Origin: Okamejei kenojei
Taxonomy: Eukaryota
DNA: 64,000 bases
Direction: 5' to 3'
Assembly: GCA_035221665.1 (NCBI GenBank)
Contig: CM069132.1
Span: 98,208,001 to 98,272,000 of the forward strand
Both the position numbers and the translations under genes were made by a program. The notes under the pieces were generated by a model that saw only the letters and a list, made by a program, of their open reading frames with translations, did no database searches and was not told the DNA's origin. Shown piece after piece: positions 38,301 through 49,633 of the stretch (within the stretch, counting starts at the first letter, position 1; the number at the start of each line of letters is the position of its first letter).

Positions 38301-41300
38301 CAGGAGTAGGTCTTCGTTGATTGGACGGGAATTTTAAGGGAAGCTGGTCCGTGATTGGACGCAACCCCCCTTATGGACAGCGGTTGATTGGCCGCCAAAT
38401 AATCGGGCACAAAAATTGACAAATAGGAAAACAATAAAATCGGAATTCCGATTTAAATCGGAAGAATATCATGCCTGATCTGCAGCAAAGATACTAGTAT
38501 CCGCTCTGGTATCTTTGATCCGCAGTTCGTTCCTATATAGTAGAACCCTGGCCCGAAACAACTCCTAATCCATTCCCTCCACAGATGCCACCTAGCCTGC
38601 TGAGTTCTTCCAGCACTCTGTGTTTTTTACAGGTCCCACTTAGTCTAGAACAAAATATTGCCATTAGGAAGGAGCTCCAGATAATCCTGCACTAACTCAA
38701 GCCAACCCTCCCCAACCCCTCCCTCGGACACGGACACGGAGCGATCGCCGCTCTCCTTTTTTTTTGTTAAACATCTATTTCCTCCGGATGTTTTTTTAAA
38801 ATTTCTCCTTTACCATTTCCGTACTTTTTCGATAGCTGCCATGACCCGTTTGATGTCATCCTTCGCCCTGCTCCTGTTTCTTTTTGTTCCTTTTTTTTCG
38901 GCCCGCACCGATCTGCCGGACATGCTGTGTGTGTGTGTTTGTTTGGCAGAGTCTGAGGGGAGAAGTGCCGGCTGACAGTCAAGGGAAAGGGAAACAGGAG
39001 ATATAGGCATATCTTCCATTCATTTGTACTTCGTACCGTCTATATCTCTTGCTCCTCTTTCCCCTGACTCAGTCTGAAGAACGGTCTCGATCCGAAATGT
39101 CATCTATTTCGCTCTATGATCGTTGCTTTCGTCCGTCTGTCCGCTCGTTCACTTGCCCTTGGATTAAGCAGTGCAGGATGAAGCTGCGAATTCACGCACA
39201 GGATGGAAACTGGAAACTAAAAACTAGTGGAACGCCGTACCCCTGCGTACCCCCCATTTCCATCACTGCTTAAAATACATTAAGAATGTACCACATGTGA
39301 AAGACACTTCTTATTATAGTCAATGAACAAACCGCTGATATCACTGAAGAATGACATTGTATAGATTCTTCATTATTAGTCTTGAACATCAACAAGTCAA
39401 TGACTCAGATATTAGTTTATCATCCGACAACGCCAAGCCGTTCCTCCACCTACAAGTACAATCGATAATGTGACAGAGTACTCTCCACTTGCCCAAATAA
39501 GTGCAACTCGAATAGCACTTATGAAGATCAACTGTCTTCCAAACAAAGCAATCTGTTTGAATCGCCACCCTAAATACTGGTGGGGGGTGGGGGGGGGGGC
39601 CCATTTTTGTGTATGCCTTTCACAAAATGCACTGCAGTTACTTGCCTTGGCTACTCTGAAAGCTCCCTCCAAACTCACAAACTCAACCACTAAGCTCAGC
39701 AGGACATTGGTATATGACCTGCATTTTTTTAAAGAAGTGATATGCGGTCCTGATTTGGAATATATTGATGTTCCTTCAAAAGCAATGATGTAACTCTTGA
39801 GGTTTTATAAGGCAGTGGCCAGGCTGGAGTTTAGAAGGCTATCTCATTGAAACCTACAGAACAATTAATGGCCTAGATAGAGTGGATGTGGTTGTTTCCA
39901 TTAGTGGGAGAGTCTAGGACTGGGGACATAGCCTCAGAATAAAAGGACAGAGGGTGGTAAATCTATGGAATTAATTGCCACAGATGCCACTTTTTTTTAA
40001 AGTAATGATTAATAGGTTCTTGATTAGTAAAGGCATTGAAGATTATGGGAGAAGGCAGTAGAATGGGGTTGAGATGTAAAAATAGATCAGCTAAGGCAGA
40101 GCAGACTCAATGGGCCAAATGGCTTAATTCTGCTCCTATGCCTTATGCTCTCACTATCACAGAGTATCAATCATGGAACTTAACTCGTATCATTGTGGGC
40201 AGACCTTCACTGGAAGAGCAGCAGAGGTTCATGAAGGTGACTAAGTACCATCTTTTCATGAAGTATTTGGGGTAGACCATGAATATTTGTGGTGTCAGAG
40301 ACATCAAGATGCTGAAAACTGAACAGAAACATGTAAGCATCTCAAGAGTTTTCCCCTCCTCCCGCTGAAACTCTTAGCTCCAATTAATCATGGTTTTCTG
40401 GAGAAATTGAGGGAAATTTACTTCCGGAGTGCAAATACCACAGAGATGTATTTTTAGGACAGCCTGAATTTCCAGTGATTACAGATTGTAACCAATTGAA
40501 GTAAAGATTATTGATGTCACACTGCTATTTTCAACCTGAGTGCACGACAAAGATCCAAGGATACAACCAATGTAACGTTTATGTTACTGTAACGTTGACC
40601 ACTTGCAATGGCCGACCTTCTGACATACCTGTAGAACCATACAACACAAACAAACTCTTCATCCCTAGATGTCCGTGCCAACCATGATGCCATTTTAAAT
40701 TAATCTTGTTTACCTGCACCTGCTTGTTCATGTGGCTATCTAAATGCCTCTTACATGTTGCTATTTTATCTGCTCCCACCACTCCCGCCTTGGAAGTACA
40801 TTCCATGCACCTGAAAACTTGCTTTGTAAGTCTGCTTTAAATATCCCACTCTCCTCTTAGGACAATCCAACCTCTCTCCTCAGCTAATACTCTAATTTTG
40901 GCAACATTTTGGTCAACCTCTATTGTATTCTTCATATCCTTCTTGTAATGCAGCGATCAGAACAGCACACAATATTCCAAATGTGGTTTAATAGTAAGAT
41001 AAAATGAGAACTTACCAGTTTGAAGTTTGATCCTTATTTTATGAGGAGTTACAATGAGGGATTTCGTGAAGACCCCGCCAGCACGCATGCGCGACATTCT
41101 TCAAAGCAGCGGTGTGAAATCACAGATAGCAGAACTGACTGGAGATAGTAAGATTAAGAGAAACCATATACCAGTTGACCTTATGATAGAGGGTTGGGAG
41201 CGGAGGGCACGAAATCCCTCATCGTAACGCCTCATAAAATAAGGATCAAACTTCAAACTGGTAAGTTCTCGTTTAATCTTACTATTTTACTTCGGAGTCA

Positions 41301-42508
41301 CGTGAGTGACTTCGTGAAGATTTCAAAGCTCTGTGATTTCATGCCCTGGACCACGTCCATGCTCGCACACTGCCGTAATAACTGATGGAGGAAGTGTGTT
41401 AACGTATTTCAGACTTGTAACAGAGCTGAAAAACAATAATGTATTCATTAATACAAAAATCCCTGAGTTCGGGAACCGTTCAGGGAACAGAACTTAAAAC
41501 AGTATCTGCAAACGTCGCAGGAGTGGCCACAGGTTTGTTATAAAACCGTTGAGATGCGTCTCCATTGGCCAAGCCCGCTGTTGCGAGGACATGATCCATG
41601 GGTACCTCCATGGTCCTCGCCGCTGCATGTGGACGCAGCCCAGGTAGTAGAATGAGATTTGAATATCAGGATTACCCCTGCTGCATCCACAAACCACCCT
41701 GAACCACCTGGAAACTGTCTGCACAGTTACCCTGTGATGAGGCTTTTAGAAATGATGAATAGACCTGTTCTCCATTCTCCTTTATATTTTGTGTGACATT
41801 AATCCTCCAAGTCGGAATAAGTGGTATACAGAGGCGTAAATTCAATGGGATATGCATGGAATTCCAATTTAAGACTGGTTTGTACCAGGTCTATGGTGTT
41901 TAAGTATATTCATCAATGAAAAAGGTTACCTTGGTAGGGGTCGAGACCATCCTGTCCAGTTTAGTTTGTGGAGGGTCTGGACCCGCTGAGCTGTATAAGT
42001 GCCATAGCATCACCACTTTGTAGGTGAGTTTGGCCAGTGGGAGTTCCAAAACTGGTGACCAACTCCTGAGTAGGGACAACACTACCCCAATATCACAGGT
42101 CATATTGTATCGTGGTCTACGAGGGTAAGAATTGAAATACCCCTCATGAGTTTTGACACCAACTGATGGGATCCTACTCCGATAGTGAGGTAGGACGATA
42201 ATGCGCTTCTGGCACTATAGCTGAGGTCCTCATCATAGTGAAGGCCTGCAAGGAATTCCAGCACATCTGTGATGGTGGCAGTCGTAGGTGATATTAGCCC
42301 TGGAACAGAAGGCCTCCCATTTCCTTACATGGGTAAGGTACTGCTCCCTCGTGGACTCTCTGCACAATGCTGTGACGATATCCATGGTCCTGTTCGACAG
42401 CCCAAATTCCAGCAAAGGTCTCTTCAGAACCTGCAAGCCAACAGGTTCAGATGACCACGGCACGGATGATTCTCCCCTGATATGGGATGTATCAGTAAGT
42501 TCGGGTAT

Positions 42509-43035
42509 TTAGGACCCTGCACTCATGGTTTCTTTACCATGTCGAGAACCACCGGGAACCATGGCTGTGTGGGGCAGACGGGTATTATCAGAATTCCTGA
42601 TGCAGAATCTAGCTGGATTACCGCAATACCCGACTGATGAGGCAGAAAGGGGGAAATGCATAGAAGAACAATTTCCCCAATGTAGCGAGAATGCATCCAT
42701 CGCTACTGCCCCAGGATCTAGCTCCCACGAGACATATGTTGGTATCTGATGGTTCAACCTGGACGCAAAGAGGTCGATATCTGGTGTTCCATACTTAGCT
42801 ATAATATTAGCAAATATTTGGGGGTTCAACATCCACTTGGTGTTGTCATTGAATACTCGTGACCTGGTGTCCGCCACTGTATTAAGCTTACCTGGAAGGT
42901 ATGTAGCTGATATCCAAATATTTCAATGCACCAGTGCCAAGTTATTTTTGCCAATTCATCCCAATATATCGACTTCATACCACCCATATGGTTTAATATG
43001 CCAACACTGTGGTATTGTCTATCTGTAGACGAACA
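42509..43035 (-). pseudogene. Degenerate RNase H C-part plus methyltransferase-like domain of the DIRS1-like element
   Basis: DNTTVLAY/NHMGGMKS, ADTRSR and PDIDLFASRLNHQ motifs typical of DIRS1 pol; frameshifted. Confidence 0.8.
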
Positions 43036-44071
43036 TGTTTCTGTCCTTTCTTGGGTTGCTGTGGTGCTGGGGTGTAGATGCATTTTTCATGCTGGTCGCT
43101 GTGGGCCTTGGCGTAAACAGGCTTCTGATAAGGCGCGACCTTTGGGTTTGCTCCCGTCACTCTATCGGGTTGAACCCGGGCCTGTTAGATGTTGCATATG
43201 CATGCTGCCGACGATACGCTGGAGGTCTGCCAGAGGAAGGCGGTTTTGTCAAACCTACCGCTTTAACTTCCTCGTCTAGGTCTTTCCCCTGTTTGGGCAG
43301 GTCATCACCAATCAACTGTCTTGGTGGTGGAGTAGCGATTTTTGGGGTTGAGTGTAGGATGGATAGAGCTTTTCCGAAGCAATTGAACTCATATTGCGTA
43401 TTGCAGAGCATACGCTTCATGGATGCATCCTGCTGCTCTTCCGTCATGTCCATACCGTCGACTGACCTAGCAAATGCAGTGATGCCTGAGGTCAGTAGTT
43501 TCAGGATTTTTTGAATTTTTCCCTGTGTCCTTATCCCAGGGCTGATGTTTCCCCATATGGGTGTGTTCACGACGTTCAGCGACACGCAATTTTCTGGGCC
43601 ATGTATTTGTTTGTGGTCTCCGAAATTACCTGTTCCTGTAATTGGTGTGTTGTCAGGTAGTTTATGCTTGCCGCTAGCCTAAGCTGAAGAGGTTGCCCTT
43701 TCTGGGATGGTTGAGCTTAGACACCATTCCCAGAAGTTCCTCTTCTTGCATCCCTTGCAACTGTAGGTCTTCAGCCAACCCCTCTTCGAAGTCAGCTAGT
43801 GCCTGACTTCTGATGCTCCCTACAGAGGAGGGAGAGATGTTGGACGGCCCTGTCATGGTCCCTGTCCCTGTTCGGGATCCTAGGGACGCATGCTCCTGAT
43901 GGAGTGGGTCCCTTTCGAGCAGCTGCTCGACCATGTGTTCCATTCGAGCTATGCGACCGCCGCCGCTATCTGCGGACGGCAAGTCGTCTTCCCCAAGTTC
44001 TGATGAACAAATGGGGCCTCTACTGACAGTCCGCACCTCGTCGAGGTGATGTCTATGGGACTGAGGTAGGT

Positions 44072-44246
44072 AGTCGGTGCCAGCCGCTCCAACGGGGCTA
44101 CTCGACGTTTGTGTGGTTTTGCCACTGGTCCGCCCTCTTGTGAACTGAAGCGGTGGAGAGTCGGTGCCAGCCGCTCCAACGGGGCTACACGACTTTGTGC
44201 GGTTTTGCCACTGGTCCGCCCTCTTGTGAACTGATGTGGTGAGTCG
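44072..44246. repeat. Tandem duplication of about 87 bp inside the DIRS gag region
   Basis: agtcggtgccagccgctccaacggggctac...gccactggtccgccctcttgtgaactga occurs twice, with further degenerate units to about 44330. Confidence 0.85.
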
Positions 44247-45380
44247 GGGTGTCCCTTAACCTGGCCCCGTCATCGGCACCTTTTTGCCACTGGTCTGTTT
44301 TCGTACAGACTGAAGCGGTGGGGAGTCGGGGTCTTAGCTACCCTGATCCTGCGCAGTCCTACCGTCAGTATGCAGCTCCCTGGACTGCTGCGGTGGAGAG
44401 TCAGGTCCCAACTGTGCGGGGCTCCCCAACATCTGCGCTGTCTTCCCGGCCCGAGGTACGGGTGCTGCCGGAAATCAACGGTCAGCTCTGGGAATTTTGG
44501 CCGCCGACCTCGCTCCGAAGTCCTGCGGTCTTCAATGGCATGCTTGAAGCAGCCTTCTTACTGCTCGTTTTCTGCATTACGTAGTTTCTGTAAGGGATTT
44601 AAACAATACAGAAACTCAACCAACTCAAGGTTAGTACAACTTACCTGTTGGTCATACTTCCGCCAGGTTTGGCCAGACGTTGCGTAATTCGATTCCCTCC
44701 TTCAGAGTTAGCCTAGGCCTGACTCCTTATGCTCCCCTGCAAAGAGGGTGAGCATTTGGCAGCCCTGTAAAGGGTACTGTCATGGGTCTGCTCGGAGACC
44801 CATGGTGACAAGACTCCTGCTGGAGTGTGCCATGTTGGAGGTGTGCTCCCCATCTGCCCATGGGGGAAAATAGACTGTACCAACGGCTAGTCTGTGAGCC
44901 CGAACCCTGCCGGGTCCATTTCCAGGCGTTGTGCCGCCTGCGTTTGAGTCAGGGCCCCGACTCTGTCTCGGAGGTCCCGACTTCCGGGTAGCGTAGCCGT
45001 CAGTCCGCGGTGATCCTGCGGGCTGCGGTGTTTAAGTCGTGGCTGCCGCTCTGCCGTCGCTACCTGCGAACGGCGAGTCTGTGAGCCCGGACCCTGCGGG
45101 TCAATGGGCTGCCCGACTTCTGAGGTGAGTTCTGCCACCGCTGACTGCCCGCAGTCTGCGGTCCGCAGTCAGTCTCTTGAGGCGGCCCGTTGGTGGGGTA
45201 CTCTGTCCCACATAGTCCCTGAAAGAAAAAACCTTACCTGCAGGCCCATTCCGGTGGAGGAGTGACCCTCCACCCTGCCTGTCGCTTCGCATGCGGTTGA
45301 CGATATGTCGCGCATGCGTGCTGGCGGGGTCTACACGAAGTCACTCACGTGACTCCAAAGTAAAATCAAACTTTCATGCA

Positions 45381-45645
45381 GTTTAGTTTAGAGATGCAGA
45401 TGCAGCACAGAAACAAGCCCTTTGGCTCACCGAGTCCGCAACAACCAGCAATCCCTTCACATTAACACCACCTTACACACACTAGGGACAATTTCACATT
45501 TACACCAAGCCAATTAACCTACAAATCTGTACGTCTTTGCTGTATGGGAGGAAAACAAATATCTTGGAGAAAACCAACGTAGGTCACGGGGACAACATAC
45601 AGTAGCTGTAAAGCAGTAGCTCTGCTGCTACGCCACCGTGCCACC
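45381..45645 (-). mobile_element. tRNA-derived SINE (HE1/V-SINE-like), internally deleted
   Basis: Tail, core and head motifs as in the other copies. Confidence 0.7.
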
Positions 45646-46686
45646 CTTACGGCAGGCGCCTTCCGGAGGCACCACTGTGGCATACGCCTACCGGAGGTGC
45701 CGCTCCGCTAATATCACCCAAAGGAATTTCTAAGCCCAGACCCCATTTCATCCATAAATTAGGCTGGCACAAATATAACCAAATGGTTAATATTTCACTG
45801 AACCTGTATTTCCCTGCTCACTGTGAAAAGACATTGACTTTTTCTCCGTGGATTTTCGGTGACAAGCCAAACATAAAAAATAGAAGTAATAATCTGTTTC
45901 ACTTGACATTGCGTATAAGGTAGTCATTTCATCTGCTTATGCAATTATCTTCCCTGATTTGGAGGCTATAGCATTTTTATTTCAACTGTCAAATAGATCA
46001 TTTGAGCTGCCAAAAGCAGGAAACCACTCTTCCCGACACGGACTATAAAATATGATTTTACCTGCCACGACCATATTTCATACAGATACAAGGAATTGCA
46101 GATGATGGCTAATAAAAAACAATGACACAGTGATGGAGTAACTCAGCAGATCAGGCAGCAAAACAAGGAACTGCAGATGTTGGAAATGTAGAGTCAGAAG
46201 AAGGGTCCTGACCCGAAACGTCATCTATCCATATCCTCCAGACATGCTGCGTGATGCGCTGAGTTACTCCTTGTGACTTTTATTAAAACACATTTCTATA
46301 TTTCTATTGTTAAAAAAAAAAGTACAAATATGTCAATAGCTCAAGAGCATCGTTAGATAGGTTTAGTAAACTCAGCAGAGTTCTGAAAGCCCACAATTTG
46401 ATGCAATGCTAATGTTAGTGAACAACACCATAAACTCCAATGGTGAAATAAAACCATAACTTTGGGAGAGCTGGTCAGAGTATCTCACAGTCAATCGATA
46501 ATGTTTTATTATTAATGTTTAATGTTTTATGTGTCATTCCTAACAGTCACTGTATATCATGTTGTCACTTGCGGACGGAACACCAAGGCAAATTCCTTGT
46601 ATGTGAATACACTTGGCTAATAAACTTATTATTTTAATAAACTTTAAAATAAACTTTTAAAATAAACTTATTATTTTACTTATTAT

Positions 46687-49633
46687 ATGGTTGCAGGAGG
46701 GCTGTGATTGGAAACTAAATATTCCAGGATTTCGTTGCTTCAGGTGTGATAGAATTGGAGGGACCAGAGGGGGAGAAGTTGCATTGCTTGTCAGAGAAGA
46801 TATTACAGCAGTGCTTTGGCAGGATAGATTAGAGGGCTCGTCTAGGGAGGCTATTTGGGTGGAACTGAGAAGTGGGAACGGCGTAGCAACACTTTTAGGG
46901 GTGTATTATAGACCGCCAAATGGGGAGCGAGAATTGGAAGAGCAAATATGTAAGGAGATAGCAGATGTTAGTATTAAGCACAAGGTAGTGATTGTGGGAG
47001 ATTTCAATTTTCCAAAAATAGACTGGGTGGAACTGAGAAGTGGGAACGGCGTAGCAACACTTTTAGGAGTGTATTATAGACCGCCAAATGGGGAGCGAGA
47101 ATTGGAAGAGCAAATATGTAAGGAGATAGCAGATATTAGTAGTAAGCACAAGGTAGTGATTGTGGGAGATTTCAATTTTCCAAAAATAGACTGGGAAACA
47201 CATTCTGTAAATGGGCTGGATGGTTTGGAGTTTGTAAAATGTGTGCAGGATAGTTTTTTGCAGCAGTACATAGAGGTATCGACCAGAGAAGGGGCAGTGC
47301 TGGACCTCCTGTTAGGAAATGAGGCAGGTCAGGTGACGGAGGTATGTGTTGGTGAGCACTTCGGGACCAGTGATCACAATACCATTAGTTTCAATATAAT
47401 TATGGAAAGAGTCAGAACTGGATCTAGGGTGGAGATTTTTGATTGGAGAAAGGATAACTTTGAGGGAATGCATAAGGATTTTAAAGGAGTGAATTGGGAC
47501 ACTTTGTTTCATGGGAAGGATGTAGAAGAGAAATGGAGGACATTTAAAGGGGAAATTGTAAGAGTACAGAATCTTTATGTCCCTGAGAGGTTGAAAGGAA
47601 ATAGTAAAAATTGGAAAGAGCCATGATTTTCAAGGGAAATTGAACACTTGTTTCGAAAAAAGAGAGATATCTACAATAATTATAGGAGGCATGGAGTAAA
47701 TGAGGTGCTAGAGGAGTATAAAGAATGTAAAAAGAATCTTAAGAAAGAAATTAGGAAGGCTAAAAGAAGATATGAGGTTGCTTTGGCAAGAAAGGTGAAA
47801 GTAAACCCAAAGGGTTTCTACAGCTATATTAATAGCAAAAGGATAACGAGGGATAAAATTGGACCATTAGAGAACCAGAATGGACAGCTATCTGCAGCCA
47901 AAAGAGATGGGGGAGATATTGAACAATTTTTTTCTTCGGTATTCACCAAGGAGAAGGATATTGAACTCTGTGAGTTAAGGGGAAAAAGTAGAGTAGCTAT
48001 GGAAACTATGAGATTCAAAGAGGAGGAAGTACTGACACTTTTGAAAAATATAAAAGTGGATAAGTCTCCAGGTCCTGACAGGATATTCCCTAGGACATTG
48101 AGGGAAGTTAGTTTAGAAATAGCAGGAGCTATGACAGAAATATTTCAAATGTCATTAGAAACGGGAATAGTGCCGGAGGATTGGCGTACTGCGCATGTTG
48201 TTCCATTGTTTAAAAAGGGTTCAAGAATAAACCTAGCAATTATAGACCTATTAGTTTGACGTCCAGTGGTGGGCAAACTAATGGAAAGGATACTTAGAGA
48301 TAATATATATAAGCATCTGGATAAACAGGGTCTGATCAGGAACAGTCAACATGGATTTGTGCTGGAAGGTCATGTTTGACAAACCTTCTTGAATTTTTTG
48401 AAGCGGTAACTAGGGAAATTGATGAGGGTAAAGCAGTGGATGTTGTCTATATGGATTTCAGTAAGGCCTTTGACAAGGTTCCCCATGGAAGGTTGGTTAA
48501 GAAGGTTCAATCTTTGGGTGTTAATGGCGGAGTAGCAAGATGGATTCAACAGTGGCTGAATGGGAGATGTCAGAGAGTAATGGTGGATGGCTGTTTGTCA
48601 GGTTGGAAGCCGGTGACCAGTGGGGTGCCTCAGGGATCTGTGTTGGGTCCACTGTTGTTTGTCATGTACATCAATGATCTGGATGATGGGGTGGAAAATT
48701 GGATAAGTAAGTATGCAGATGATACTAAGATAGGTGGTGTTGTGGATAATGAAGTAGATTCTCAAAGTCTACAGAGAGATTTGGGCCATTTGGAAAAGTG
48801 GGCTGAAAGATGGCAGATGGAGTTTAATGCTGTTAAGTGTGAAGTACTACATCGTGGCAGGACAAATCAAAATAGGACGTACATGGTAATTGGTAGAGAA
48901 TTGAGGAATGCTGTGGAACAGAGGGATCTAGGAATAACTGTGCATAGTTCCCTGAAGGTGAAATCGCATGTAGATAGGGTGGTAAAGAAAGCCTTTGGTG
49001 TGCTGGCCTTTATAAATCAGAGCATTGAATATAGGAGTAGGGAAGTAATGTTAAAATTGTACAAGGCATTGGTAAGACCAATTCTGGAGTATGGTGTACA
49101 ATTTTGGTCGCCTAGTTATAGGAAGGATGTCAACAAAATAGAGAGAGTACAGAGATTTACTAGAATGTTGCCAGGGTTCCAGCAACTATGTTACAGAGAA
49201 AGGTTGAACAAGTTAGGTCTTTATTCTTTGGAGCGCAGAAGGTTAAGGGGGGACTTGATTGAGTCTTTAAAATGATGAAAGGGATAGACAGAGTTAACGT
49301 GGATACGTTTTTCCCATTGAGGGTAGGGAAGATTCAAACAAGAGGGCATGACATGAGAATTAAGGGACAGAAGTTTTGGGGTAACGTGAGGGGGAACTTC
49401 TTTACTCAGAGGGTGGTGGCTGTGTGGAATGAGCTTCCAGCAGAAGTGGTGGAGGCAGGATCGATTTTAACATTTAAGAGTAAAGTGGATAGGTATATGG
49501 ACGTGAAGGGAATGGAGGGGTATGGTCTGAGTGCAGGTAGATGGGACTAGGGGAAAACAAATGGTCGGCACGGACTGGAAGGGCCGAGAGGGCCTGTTTC
49601 CGTGCTGTAATTGTTATATGTTTATATGGTTAT
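46687..49633 (+). mobile_element. Young CR1 LINE, nearly complete ORF2 (APE endonuclease plus RT), disrupted
   Basis: ORFs 46691-47626, 47648-48259, 48376-49275 and 49272-49550: VYYRPP, VGDFNF, LDLLL, TSDH, KSPGPD, DFSKAFDKVPH, GVPQGSVLGP, KYADDTK. (gttatatg)n tail. Inserted into the (cattc)n tail of another LINE. Confidence 0.95.
46856..47191 (+). repeat. 168-bp in-frame tandem duplication in the CR1 endonuclease domain
   Basis: 46856-47023 matches 47024-47191 with 3 differences; TGGG microhomology at the junction. Confidence 0.95.

Larger units (their letters stand above)
40990..45366 (-). mobile_element. DIRS1-like tyrosine-recombinase retrotransposon, RT-deleted, 4.4 kb
   Basis: Same termini and ICR (41208-41320) as 6608-9380, in reverse orientation. 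Gag (43157-44040), RNase H C-part (HVRLQIDNTTVLAY..NHMGGMKS), MT-like domain (DIDLFASRLNHQIPTYVSW..DAFSLHW) and YR (TCDIGVVLSLLRSW..KLTYKVVML; KSHST..VLATAG..QRFYNKP). Inserted at AAT/ATT inside an old CR1 fragment. Confidence 0.93.

Noticed and set aside
46691-49550. CR1 ORF2 as an active autonomous element
   Set aside because: 5'-truncated, with a stop and several frameshifts splitting it into four ORFs
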